From contig JBBTSY010000004.1 of NCBI GenBank assembly GCA_038064515.1, positions 96,585 to 160,584 of the forward strand: a stretch of 64,000 nucleotides of DNA. Direction: 5' to 3'. Origin of the DNA: Patescibacteria group bacterium. GTDB taxonomy: Bacteria > Patescibacteriota > Minisyncoccia > 2-02-FULL-40-12 > GWA2-44-9. Under the pieces are notes generated by a model that saw only the letters and a list, made by a program, of their open reading frames with translations, ran no database searches and was not told the DNA's origin. A program made the translations under genes and the position numbers. Positions 29,133 through 38,199 of this stretch are shown one piece after another; the stretch's first letter is position 1, and the number at the start of each line of letters is the position of its first letter.

Positions 29133-29804
29133 TCAAGTACAACTGTGCCAAATCGTGCCGTAAGAACTGGTTTGCCGGCAGGTGCCCGTCCCGAGATGTA
29201 TCGTTGGATCTCCAGCAGGTTGGTCGCTGTGCCCTTCCCAGACTCGTCCGAGGTGTCCACGTACAACGACTGCCCCGGACCAGGAAGCTCGAAACTGAAG
29301 GTCGAAGATGTTGGTGCCAGTCACATTTCCTTTCGCCCGGACTTCCGCCATTCGCTTCTTGATACGCCGCTCCAAGGTTGTGGCGTTACAGAAGAACGTA
29401 ACGACTCTGAGCGAAGTCAGAAAGTCGGGACACTCTTGACCCTTGCCGCGCAACTCCTGAGCCATGCTCATCAGGTGCAGGTGAGCGTCAGTGACCGCAC
29501 CCGTTAGTGGTCGCCAGTGGTCCAGGACGGTTTTGATGACCATCTCCAGCATCACTGGCTTGCGTTCGACAACCAGAATCCGTTTGATCTCCAACCACAC
29601 CGCCTCCTGGAACAGACGGATTACCGGCTGAGTCACCGGCCCGTCCCCCAACATCTTGCCTCGGAAAGAATCCGCGGAGACGGGAGCGAAGTCGGCCAGG
29701 GCGTGCTGGGCCTGGAGCAGGGAAATGTAGTGCGATTTCCCTGCGTAGGAAAGTCCGGACATCACGGCAACCGGCAGGTTCTGCACTACGGACATAGACA
29801 CCAC
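29133..29804 (-). CDS. GC-rich ORF encoding a P-loop (Walker A) NTPase / kinase-like protein. Its boundaries are uncertain.
   Basis: AVMSGLSYAGKSHY fits the GxxxxGKS pattern. High-GC codon usage matches the radical-SAM gene. It is followed by a GC hairpin (ggccgggtc-atac-ggacccggcc) at 29093-29116. Confidence 0.35.
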   Translation of the reverse strand: MVSMSVVQNLPVAVMSGLSYAGKSHYISLLQAQHALADFAPVSADSFRGKMLGDGPVTQPVIRLFQEAVWLEIKRILVVERKPVMLEMVIKTVLDHWRPLTGAVTDAHLHLMSMAQELRGKGQECPDFLTSLRVVTFFCNATTLERRIKKRMAEVRAKGNVTGTNIFDLQFRASWSGAVVVRGHLGRVWEGHSDQPAGDPTIHLGTGTCRQTSSYGTIWHSCT

Positions 29805-29874
29805 CTCTCACAAGATACAGGTTAAAGGAACAAAATACTATACCACACTGTTATTTTATTGCAACCTCGCGCAG

Positions 29875-30192
29875 TTGCTAAAAGTCTGGTTTTTTGGTCT
29901 AATAACTTCAATCATGCATGTTACTACTGTTTTCAATTGGCTATCTATCGCCGCACTGGGATTTATGAGCTGGGGCATCATAGGTCAGTGGCTCAAGATA
30001 CGCCACCGTACAAGCATTGAGGAGATAAGCCTCCGAGAAGTCACCATTCGCTGGACGGTTACCGTAGTGCTCTTGGTCAAGATCATCCTGGTGAAGGACC
30101 CCTACCTTATTGCAGGGCAGCTTTTACTCCTGGCCGGCATTTCACTCTACTTTGGTACGCTCGTCATTATCAAAAATCGCCATCATGAGTAA
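29875..30192 (+). CDS. Small hypothetical membrane protein (3 TM).
   Basis: The hydrophobic ORF overlaps the start of the next gene by 8 nt. Confidence 0.3.
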   Translation: MLKVWFFGLITSIMHVTTVFNWLSIAALGFMSWGIIGQWLKIRHRTSIEEISLREVTIRWTVTVVLLVKIILVKDPYLIAGQLLLLAGISLYFGTLVIIKNRHHE

Positions 30193-30919
30193 ACAAAAAA
30201 TAATCGCTGTTATCCCTGCCCGGGGCGGGTCAAAGAGTATTCCCCTGAAAAACATCAAAAAGTTCTGTGGCAAGCCGCTTATCGCCTGGTCTATTTTGGG
30301 TGCTAAGAAAAGCAAATATCTCGACCGGGTTATTGTCTCAACCGACAGTACTAAAATTGCCAAAGTCGCTAAAAAGTTTGGTGCTGAAGTGATTATCCGT
30401 CCTCCGGAACTCGCCATCGACACCATCGGCATTGAACCGACCCTGAAGCACGCCTACGAAACACTTTTAAAAGACGAGAAATATAAAGCCGATGGGCTTG
30501 TCTTACTTATGCCCACGTCGCCTACCCGCCAGACATTCCATATTGATGACGCAATTAAAATTTTCAAAGATAAAAAAGCAGACTCGGTTATTGCCGTTAA
30601 TGAAACTCCGGCGAATCATACTCCCTACTGGACGCTCGTACGCTCCAAAAGAGGCAAAGTAACATTGTGGGGAAATATACCTTTGAAAAAGATCCCTACC
30701 CGGCGACAAGATTTTCCTCAGCAGTGTTATGCCCGCAATGATCTTATTTATGTATTGAAGCCGAAAAACCTCTACGACAAAGAGATCCCGAATCTCTACG
30801 GAGATAAGGTAGAACTTATGATTATCCCTGACCCCGAAAAATACGAAGCCGATATCAATACGCCCGGCGAGTGGCACGAAGCCGAAATGAAATTAAGAAA
30901 ATTACTCAAGGAGCACTAG
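30185..30919 (+). CDS. CMP-nonulosonic-acid synthetase (acylneuraminate cytidylyltransferase, NeuA-type). Start taken as the ATG at 30185 (MSKQKIIAV…).
   Basis: IIAVIPARGGSKSIPLKNIKKFCGKPLIAWSI…DRVIVSTDS…FGAEVIIRPPELAIDT…LLMPTSPTR… closely matches CMP-NeuAc synthetase motifs rather than KdsB. Confidence 0.75.
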   Translation: MSKQKIIAVIPARGGSKSIPLKNIKKFCGKPLIAWSILGAKKSKYLDRVIVSTDSTKIAKVAKKFGAEVIIRPPELAIDTIGIEPTLKHAYETLLKDEKYKADGLVLLMPTSPTRQTFHIDDAIKIFKDKKADSVIAVNETPANHTPYWTLVRSKRGKVTLWGNIPLKKIPTRRQDFPQQCYARNDLIYVLKPKNLYDKEIPNLYGDKVELMIIPDPEKYEADINTPGEWHEAEMKLRKLLKEH

Positions 30920-30933
30920 AACCGCAGTACCTT

Positions 30934-32334
30934 TTAAAAAAACTTACCAATTCTTGGAAAAGGTAAATGCAAGCGATTTAAAATTATTTGAGCAATTCTC
31001 TTGCCCGCTTTCCCGTCGAGTTTATACATATGCCGCCCGATGGTCCTATGCCGCCCATCTTGATTGAGTTTCGGATTTTTTAAATATGCGTTTATCGCGG
31101 CAATCCATTCATCGGCGCTATACACCACTTTCGTACCTCCAAGCGCTACTAAACTGGCCAGACAATCCTCTTGATTGTAGCGTTTCACACTCTGAACGTA
31201 GGGTTTCTTTTCCCACCCGTCAAAGCTTATCAAAATTTGCGGTTTGTCGAATACGGTCGCATCCAAACCAAGCGACGTTGCTACATACATTACTATTTCG
31301 GAATAATATACGGAATTTCGAAGATGGTCATGCTCATCAGGACGAATCTCCGCACCTTTATAATCATCAGAACGAAGCTGGACGCCGGGAGTTTCAAAAA
31401 TAAACCTTGGATCATTATCGAATTTTGAGAAATCAGCAGGGTGATGAGGATGATTTCGAACAAGTATCTGCACATCCGGAAGATTTCCTGCATCCATTGC
31501 ATCTCTTAAAATCTGCGCGAGTTGCCAATCAGTATCCGAAAGGATGGAACCCGCTGGAGCAAATAAGAGCAACTTCTTTGAAGGGTCCGCACCAATATAA
31601 GCAAAAAACTCCTCACGCGAGAGGGTGGGACCCTCAAGCCACGTATCAAATTGAGGCAACCCTACAACCTGGATTTGTTCAGCATTGCAATCGTGCAGTT
31701 CAATGAGTTCTTCCTTTACCTTTGGACTTGGGCTTAGTATACTCGCGGGAATGACTCGAAGAACACCTTTTGTGGTTGTATTGTCCCAAGAACGAACCAT
31801 CCCAATAAGCGGAATGTTATTCTTGTGGGCTTCTCTATTAAAAAGAACATCTTGTTCACCAAAGATATCCGTAGAAAAGAAAACATACGGATTATATTTC
31901 TTGATAAATGGTTCAAAGATATTTCCAGGCGCAAAGACACTATTGAACCATCGATACAGCGTGCGTGAATAGGGCAAAGAACTTAGAATGGAGGCTGATA
32001 TCTTTAGTCTTTGATAGTTTAAGAACCCAAAAATCGTTTTATTGTTATAAAAATATTCCGCTCGCTGATCTCGAACATATTGAGTATTTTCAAGGAGAAA
32101 TGCGAGGCGATACCAGAATTTACTTTTTGAAGTACGGATAATCGGATCTAGGTCAAATCCCTCAATAATAACATTGGGGCCACCATAATATTTCTCGAAT
32201 AGTTCTTTTTTACTAGGAGGGGCAAAAATAATAATTCTCAAATCAGAATTTGCCCTCAAAATCTTCAATACATCGGTATTGAGAATATTTCGCGCAATAA
32301 AACCATGATAGGCGGTAATAAATAATGTTTTCAT
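30934..32334 (-). CDS. Putative GT-B-fold transferase (TagF/KpsS-like glycosyl- or glycerophospho-transferase). Specific function unknown.
   Basis: 466 aa with …KKLLLFAPAGSI… and …ILVRNHPHHP… motifs. Family assignment is tentative. Confidence 0.3.
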   Translation of the reverse strand: MKTLFITAYHGFIARNILNTDVLKILRANSDLRIIIFAPPSKKELFEKYYGGPNVIIEGFDLDPIIRTSKSKFWYRLAFLLENTQYVRDQRAEYFYNNKTIFGFLNYQRLKISASILSSLPYSRTLYRWFNSVFAPGNIFEPFIKKYNPYVFFSTDIFGEQDVLFNREAHKNNIPLIGMVRSWDNTTTKGVLRVIPASILSPSPKVKEELIELHDCNAEQIQVVGLPQFDTWLEGPTLSREEFFAYIGADPSKKLLLFAPAGSILSDTDWQLAQILRDAMDAGNLPDVQILVRNHPHHPADFSKFDNDPRFIFETPGVQLRSDDYKGAEIRPDEHDHLRNSVYYSEIVMYVATSLGLDATVFDKPQILISFDGWEKKPYVQSVKRYNQEDCLASLVALGGTKVVYSADEWIAAINAYLKNPKLNQDGRHRTIGRHMYKLDGKAGKRIAQIILNRLHLPFPRIGKFF

Positions 32335-33383
32335 TTTAATTTTGCATAGACCTCCAGGTAAGATTGTATCGCCTTACTCATAGTATGTTTTTTTGCCCAT
32401 TCATAGCTTGCATTGCTATATCTTTTCCATAGATCCATGTCCCCAACTAGCTTAAGCAATGCATCGGTGGTGGCTGATATATCGTTTTGTGGAACCAAAA
32501 GACCATTATACCCATCTTTTACAGCGTCCTCAATCCCATTTCCAAGTGTACCTATCACCGGCAATCCGGCCGCGGCTACTTCAAGAAAAACTAAACCAAA
32601 TCCCTCAAAATGATAGCCCTCGTTAATGGATGTCAGAAGAAATATAACAGCTTTTCGATAAAGCTCCTTTAGTTCTTCGTCCGAAATATTTTCCTTAAAG
32701 ATAACTCTTCCCTCGCCATCGTTTGTCTTGATAATATTTTTCAGTCGATGCATATATGCTTGATCCCTCTGGCTACCCACAATGACATATTGAAGATGCG
32801 GCAACTGCTTATACGCCTCTAAAAATGCCGGGATCGAGATATGATATCCTTTTCGAGCTTTTATAGCTCCCACGCTTAGTACGAGAGATCCTGACTGTGC
32901 TTCATGTGTTTGCCTAAACTTCTCCAGATTGATTCCGGGGTTAATAACTTTTGTTCGCAAAGTAGGAATAACTTTCAAAAGTTCTTGCTGCGTGAACTTA
33001 CTTATAGCAACGACGAAATCTGCCTTGTTTAAAGCCCATCGACTTATCCATTTCGTCTTCCAATGGTAAAGAGGCGCTATAGAATAGGTGCCTAGTGCTG
33101 TCAGAACAAATTTCTTATGTTCTGAATTTGCCAACGCAACGATCATCCCTGATTGGTTAAGATCTAGGGCGTGAATAATGTCGTATTTGGCCAGAAGAGG
33201 CCTCAAGCGCCATGCAGATTGAAATAATCGCCATCCTCGACTAAGTATACGAATTCCACTTTCATCTTCAGTATAGACGACTGTTTCATGTCCCGCCGCC
33301 TGAACCCCAGAAATTAAATCAGAGGCATATCTGCCCCACCCAGATTTTGGATTTATCGTGGATGTTAAATAGGCTATCTTCAT
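32331..33383 (-). CDS. GT4 (GT-B) glycosyltransferase.
   Basis: EGFGLVFLEVAAAGLPVIGT (E-x7-E motif region). Confidence 0.7.
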   Translation of the reverse strand: MKIAYLTSTINPKSGWGRYASDLISGVQAAGHETVVYTEDESGIRILSRGWRLFQSAWRLRPLLAKYDIIHALDLNQSGMIVALANSEHKKFVLTALGTYSIAPLYHWKTKWISRWALNKADFVVAISKFTQQELLKVIPTLRTKVINPGINLEKFRQTHEAQSGSLVLSVGAIKARKGYHISIPAFLEAYKQLPHLQYVIVGSQRDQAYMHRLKNIIKTNDGEGRVIFKENISDEELKELYRKAVIFLLTSINEGYHFEGFGLVFLEVAAAGLPVIGTLGNGIEDAVKDGYNGLLVPQNDISATTDALLKLVGDMDLWKRYSNASYEWAKKHTMSKAIQSYLEVYAKLK

Positions 33384-34534
33384 TGCATTAAAAATTCTTT
33401 AATATTCTGAGCTCGTACACGCCAACTATAGCGCTCCGCGTCAGTACGCGCCTGCTCGGCTCTCTGTTGAGCTAATTCAGGGTTGGAAAAAATCTCTTCT
33501 ATCGCTTGCGTAATGGCTTTCGAATCGCTGGGTTTGACTAGAAATGCACTGGCTTCGCTAAGTACCTCCCGAATCGAGGGTAAATCCGAAGCAATAATAG
33601 GTCTGCGCGATGCCATATACTCAAAAAGCTTTAGTGGCGACATAAAGTGCGCGAAGTGAGGCTGATTTGGATATGCCATAACCAAAACATCAAGAGCTTT
33701 CAAATATTTCGGAATACTACCATGCGGCTGACGGCCCGCAAAAATTACTGCATCGGATGGGATGCCTAACTCTTTGGCAAGCCGCTGGGATTCCTCGACA
33801 TCCTCTTGAACTCCTCCGACGATCACCAGCTTGCTTTCTTTATGATTTTGGTGGAATGCGGAAAATCCATCCATTAAAAAATCCACTCCCTTAGACATGC
33901 CAAGCGTCTTTAATTGACCGACATAGCCTACTATCCATGCTTTTGGGGGCAGGCCGAGTTCCTTTCGCGCCTGCTCTTGAGTTATATCGATATCGAACTG
34001 CTCGATATCGACTCCGTCATGGGCCACCAGTATTCGATCCGGCGAAAATCCAAATTTAACAAATTCATCTTTAATACCTTGCGATATAACAACAATCTTT
34101 ATATCGATACTTAGAAATCTTCTATAGAAAAATTCTCGGCGATGAGCGAATCGATGTGCCTCAAAGAAAAGACCAGCTCGAAAAAAGCTAAGCAGATAAA
34201 GCGGTAGCTCCTCTCGCGAGTAGACAATTTCGGGATTACGTCTGAATGTATAAACTGCAAGGATGACAGCGGAAATCAAATTCTTGATGCCTACCGCCAA
34301 CTGGTCAAACTTTCCCGGTAAATGAAAATCGGGAGACCATAATCGTTTAAAAGTAAAAGAATGCTGAACTTGATAATACTCAAAGAAATCTTGATCAGTA
34401 TTTCTTCGATGAGGTGCTAGAAGAGTTACTTGTGATCCTGCATTGGCAAATGCTTCGCACATTTTCGCAATCTGAACACCGTAGGCCTTTTCGGTCGGCA
34501 ATCTAAGATTAACAATATAGAGCAAATTAGCCAT
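33380..34534 (-). CDS. GT4 glycosyltransferase.
   Basis: …MSPLKLFEYMASRRPIIASD…. Confidence 0.65.
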   Translation of the reverse strand: MANLLYIVNLRLPTEKAYGVQIAKMCEAFANAGSQVTLLAPHRRNTDQDFFEYYQVQHSFTFKRLWSPDFHLPGKFDQLAVGIKNLISAVILAVYTFRRNPEIVYSREELPLYLLSFFRAGLFFEAHRFAHRREFFYRRFLSIDIKIVVISQGIKDEFVKFGFSPDRILVAHDGVDIEQFDIDITQEQARKELGLPPKAWIVGYVGQLKTLGMSKGVDFLMDGFSAFHQNHKESKLVIVGGVQEDVEESQRLAKELGIPSDAVIFAGRQPHGSIPKYLKALDVLVMAYPNQPHFAHFMSPLKLFEYMASRRPIIASDLPSIREVLSEASAFLVKPSDSKAITQAIEEIFSNPELAQQRAEQARTDAERYSWRVRAQNIKEFLMQ

Positions 34535-35489
34535 TCACATTATTTGTGGGATCAAAAAGATTGAGCCAAGTTAATGCGGCCTTCCTATATTTCGCCCAGA
34601 AATCTGATTCGAGCATTACGTTTTCAAATAATTCCCGGGCCATCGGAATAATATCTTTTTTTGTTAATACCACCGCTTGTACGGCTTGCCAAACAGATTC
34701 ATTTTCTTCAATTCCCGGGGCCTCTTTCCTTAAATTTACAAGAAGGTTTGAAAGCTTAGTGTGTTGGATTGCCGGTTGACCCGAAAAGACAGCTAATCCA
34801 AGATGGTCAATAATTTTTTTTGCGAAAACTCCGCACCAAATATCATCAAAACGATCAAAAGGATAGCCTAATCCCTGAAGGCCAAAATACATCAGTGGAG
34901 CAATTTTTATGTTAAAAGCCACATTCATCCCGCACATTGGAAAAAAGTTCCACCTTGGTATCACCTGATCTTGACCATTAAATGGCAAGCCGGGTCTCGC
35001 AAGAGACATCACGGCATCATAATCCGGGTATAAATCCCAGAGACCATGACTCAAAATGACTTCCGACTTTCCCCTGATAAAATAAGGATAACCCCTAGTA
35101 TATTGATCACCGGTCGCAACCCAATTTAGATCAACCTGGCGATTCAAATTTTGAAAGTGATGAGAAACAAAAGATTCCTTATCTGCAGTTGGGTAGCAGT
35201 CATCATCGAGAACAATTACCCAATCAACATTTTGCCGATAAGCGACATATACTCCAAATGATTTAATAGCCGATGTTTTCCGGGGAATTATCCAGGAGTT
35301 ATCTCCGAGTTCAGCATCAATCTCCGAATGTGAAAAATGATTGGGAAAATATGCTCCAAGATCGCTCTTTCGAGGAAGATCCTCAACTATTATTAATTTA
35401 TCTCTATCCCAGCCCCAAGCTGAAATCCATTTTAAAAGATCAGCGGGCCTGATTGATGCCACAATTACTCGATATTCATCTCTTTTCAT
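34527..35489 (-). CDS. Reversibly-glycosylated-polypeptide (RGP) / UDP-L-arabinopyranose mutase homologue (GT75).
   Basis: Blocks match plant RGP/UAM: VIVLDDDCYP, RGYPYFIRG, SHGLWDLYPDYDA, FFPMCGMNVAF, YFGLQGLGYPFDRFDDIWCGV, IIDHLGL, HTKLSNLLVNLRKE. Confidence 0.65.
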   Translation of the reverse strand: MKRDEYRVIVASIRPADLLKWISAWGWDRDKLIIVEDLPRKSDLGAYFPNHFSHSEIDAELGDNSWIIPRKTSAIKSFGVYVAYRQNVDWVIVLDDDCYPTADKESFVSHHFQNLNRQVDLNWVATGDQYTRGYPYFIRGKSEVILSHGLWDLYPDYDAVMSLARPGLPFNGQDQVIPRWNFFPMCGMNVAFNIKIAPLMYFGLQGLGYPFDRFDDIWCGVFAKKIIDHLGLAVFSGQPAIQHTKLSNLLVNLRKEAPGIEENESVWQAVQAVVLTKKDIIPMARELFENVMLESDFWAKYRKAALTWLNLFDPTNNVNG

Positions 35490-35542
35490 ATAGATATCTC
35501 CTAAATTATTACCTCGGATAGTATGTTAATTTTAAGCAAACG

Positions 35543-36562
35543 TCAATTAAAAGAATTTTTTAAAATTTCCTTAGCTCTATCTCTTATTGTGTGTTCGGAT
35601 AAAACTTTATTATAGCCATTTCTGGTTATTCTTTCCCTTTCCTCGCGATTGTGTAAGTAATGCTCCACTAAGCTAGATAGCTCCGTTGCATTATGGAAAT
35701 AGACTATATCCTCTCTATCTAAAAATAACTCGGCTAATCCTTCTTTGTAGTCGCTTACGACCATGGCTCCGGAAATCATCGCCTCAAAACTTCTTAGATT
35801 TGGTCCTTGAGTTAGATCGTCTTTAACATGAATATTTACAACAATTTTACTTTTTTTATATATATCAAGCATCGCCTGGCCACGAATCTGTCCCTGGTAA
35901 AATTCCTTCAAAGAACTATCAGCCCATTCGGGAGTACCCCAAATTTTCAAATTGAAATTCTTAATCTCGGCAAGTACTTCCTCTCTTTCATGGTGACTAG
36001 CCAAGGTTCCTATAAAGGCTATATCGTGCTCCTTGTTTTCTAGAATATCTCGAATTGACTGACTATCCGACTTAAAGGCAGCCATCGGAAGGTAACAAAT
36101 ATTTTTAAACCCTTCCGATTCTAAGGCCTTCTTTGAATTATGGTCCATGACAAAGAATTGGTCATAATGCGAAGCAAATCTTTTTAATGTTCCAATATTC
36201 CACATTCCGTCAGGAAACCAGTTCACTGCTTTTACTCCATTGCGCCTAATTTCATCAACAGTTCGTACGGAAAGATGTTTACCTTTGATCACTACAAATA
36301 AATCTGGCTTGGAATTTTTTATGATTTTTAAGACTTTTGACTGCAATTTGGCTCTAGCTAATTTTATTAAACTTCCCAACAAAAAGGAGGCTAGATAATT
36401 ATTTACAAATTTTTGCGGTATTTGGTAAGGAATTTTAATATTAAATAAAGAATAGTATGTAAATAGAACTTCCGCATGATGACCTAAACTTTTAAAAGCA
36501 TCGGCGAGCGGCTTAGAAATTGCTTGCTCTTTAGTATCGTGAGTGGCAATTATAATTTTCAT
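35543..36562 (-). CDS. CgeB-family (DUF3880 / Glyco_trans_1_2-like) protein.
   Basis: C-terminus …VYFHNATELSSLVEHYLHNREERERITRNGYNKVLSEHTIRDRAKEIL is typical of CgeB-like proteins. Confidence 0.5.
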   Translation of the reverse strand: MKIIIATHDTKEQAISKPLADAFKSLGHHAEVLFTYYSLFNIKIPYQIPQKFVNNYLASFLLGSLIKLARAKLQSKVLKIIKNSKPDLFVVIKGKHLSVRTVDEIRRNGVKAVNWFPDGMWNIGTLKRFASHYDQFFVMDHNSKKALESEGFKNICYLPMAAFKSDSQSIRDILENKEHDIAFIGTLASHHEREEVLAEIKNFNLKIWGTPEWADSSLKEFYQGQIRGQAMLDIYKKSKIVVNIHVKDDLTQGPNLRSFEAMISGAMVVSDYKEGLAELFLDREDIVYFHNATELSSLVEHYLHNREERERITRNGYNKVLSEHTIRDRAKEILKNSFN

Positions 36563-37470
36563 TTAATAATTTTGCTTAATACTTGCCTCGCCTCTGTTTC
36601 CCAAGATGGCATTTCATATCCTAAGGCTATGGCTTTTTGTACGTTAAGCCACATCTGCTTAGGCCGCCGAGCTATGTGGCCCGCAGAAGTTTCATCAACT
36701 GATATCTCGGTCACTTCGCCAGAAAAATGCGGGAAATGATTCCGTATCACACCCCATACTTCCGCCTTATTAACTACATTAAAACTTCCCAAGTGGATAA
36801 TACCGGGCCTGAAATTTCTTAGAAAATCAATAACAAGGTAACTGAAAGTCTTAGCGCTGATCGGATTAATAACTACATCGTTAAAAAGCGTAAAAGACCT
36901 ATTTTCGGCGGCAGCCCTCACAAACCACTGCACAAAACTGGGATGAGCTCCCTTGGGCCGAATACCAATAGGGTTTGCCCGAATAATAAGACCTTTTTTA
37001 TAGTTCAGCACCTCCTGTTCGGCTAGAATTTTGGTTTCACCATAGTAGTTTAGCGCTTGAGGTATATCTTCCTCTCGATAGTCACCGGTATCTCCAGAGA
37101 ACACCATGGGTGTAGATACATAGAGCAGAGGAGTATCGTATCGCTGGGCAAGCATTACTATATTCTTCGTTCCATCAACATTAATCCGATAGCATTCATC
37201 TCTGTTGAGCTCGCAGTAATTCACATCAGTAACGGCAGCACAGTGAATGATAGCGCTTATATTTTTATATTTATTTCTTACTTGCTCGACAGATTTAGAT
37301 GAAGAAATATCCAATTTCAGCCTTTCTATTCCTGGATTTAAAAGTTCTGGGTTAGAATTATAGGTCCCAATAATATTAAACTCCTCGCCTTTCAAGACTT
37401 TGCATAATTCAAATCCAAGCATCCCCGATGCTCCTGTAACCAAAATGGTTTTAGTGCGATTTTCGATCAT
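36559..37470 (-). CDS. NAD(P)-dependent sugar epimerase/reductase, RmlD-like (dTDP-4-dehydrorhamnose reductase family).
   Basis: ILVTGASGMLGFEL Rossmann motif; length and layout are RmlD-like. Confidence 0.6.
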   Translation of the reverse strand: MIENRTKTILVTGASGMLGFELCKVLKGEEFNIIGTYNSNPELLNPGIERLKLDISSSKSVEQVRNKYKNISAIIHCAAVTDVNYCELNRDECYRINVDGTKNIVMLAQRYDTPLLYVSTPMVFSGDTGDYREEDIPQALNYYGETKILAEQEVLNYKKGLIIRANPIGIRPKGAHPSFVQWFVRAAAENRSFTLFNDVVINPISAKTFSYLVIDFLRNFRPGIIHLGSFNVVNKAEVWGVIRNHFPHFSGEVTEISVDETSAGHIARRPKQMWLNVQKAIALGYEMPSWETEARQVLSKIIK

Positions 37471-37523
37471 GACTTGCGTTGCTATTCAATCCAATACAGC
37501 ACATCATAAGCGAATAACGAAGG

Positions 37524-38195
37524 CTAGATTTTATAGAGAATAGGAAATCCTGCGCATCCTCTAATTTCTTTAATCCTAAATCCTATTTGCTTCGCCCAAA
37601 TTCTAAAATCCGTAATAGTCCAAAATCTCACATGTTCGCGGGGATGAAGCTTCGGAAGATAGGGAAAGCGACCGAATAAAAGTTTAAACCGAAACCATAG
37701 ATACCCTAAATTTGGCGTCGTGATGATAATTCCCTGTTTATAATGCGTTCTCATTTTTAAAAGCACTTCTTCGCAATCTCTGACATGCTCTATAAACTCC
37801 GCCATGATTATAAAATCATAATTTCCCGGTAAACTAAACTGTTCACTCGTAACGTCGTCCTGAAGCGCTTTTAATCCGATCTTTTTTATACTAGCAACAG
37901 ATACGGCTGAAGAATCTACGCCTACACTATCGTGATTTATCAGATTAAGACTCAATAAGAAACTTAATAATTCCCCTCCACCTGCCCCGATATCAGCTAC
38001 ATGAAAGCTATCGGATCTTGTTTTCTTTAATTGCTTCTTCAATAAGGCAACGATTATGTTAAACCGGTTTCTAAATTGGTCCTTATCTCGGCTCCAAAAT
38101 TTATCCCAATCCTTCTCAAGATAGAAATTTTTACGGGTAAATGTATAAGCAATCTCTTGTTTAAGATAACGAAGGAATCCTTTTATTTTTTTCAT
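37524..38195 (-). CDS. SAM-dependent methyltransferase.
   Basis: VADIGAGGGELLSFL. Confidence 0.6.
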   Translation of the reverse strand: MKKIKGFLRYLKQEIAYTFTRKNFYLEKDWDKFWSRDKDQFRNRFNIIVALLKKQLKKTRSDSFHVADIGAGGGELLSFLLSLNLINHDSVGVDSSAVSVASIKKIGLKALQDDVTSEQFSLPGNYDFIIMAEFIEHVRDCEEVLLKMRTHYKQGIIITTPNLGYLWFRFKLLFGRFPYLPKLHPREHVRFWTITDFRIWAKQIGFRIKEIRGCAGFPILYKI

Positions 38196-38199
38196 GAAA

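Noticed and set aside
26738-29825. Many long overlapping ORFs on both strands inside the GC-rich island (for example 26738-27088, 27498-27968, 27993-28439, 29145-29507, 29488-29811, 29517-29825).
   Set aside because: High GC removes stop codons and creates long spurious frames. Only the radical-SAM frame, the HAD frame and (tentatively) the P-loop frame carry recognisable motifs.
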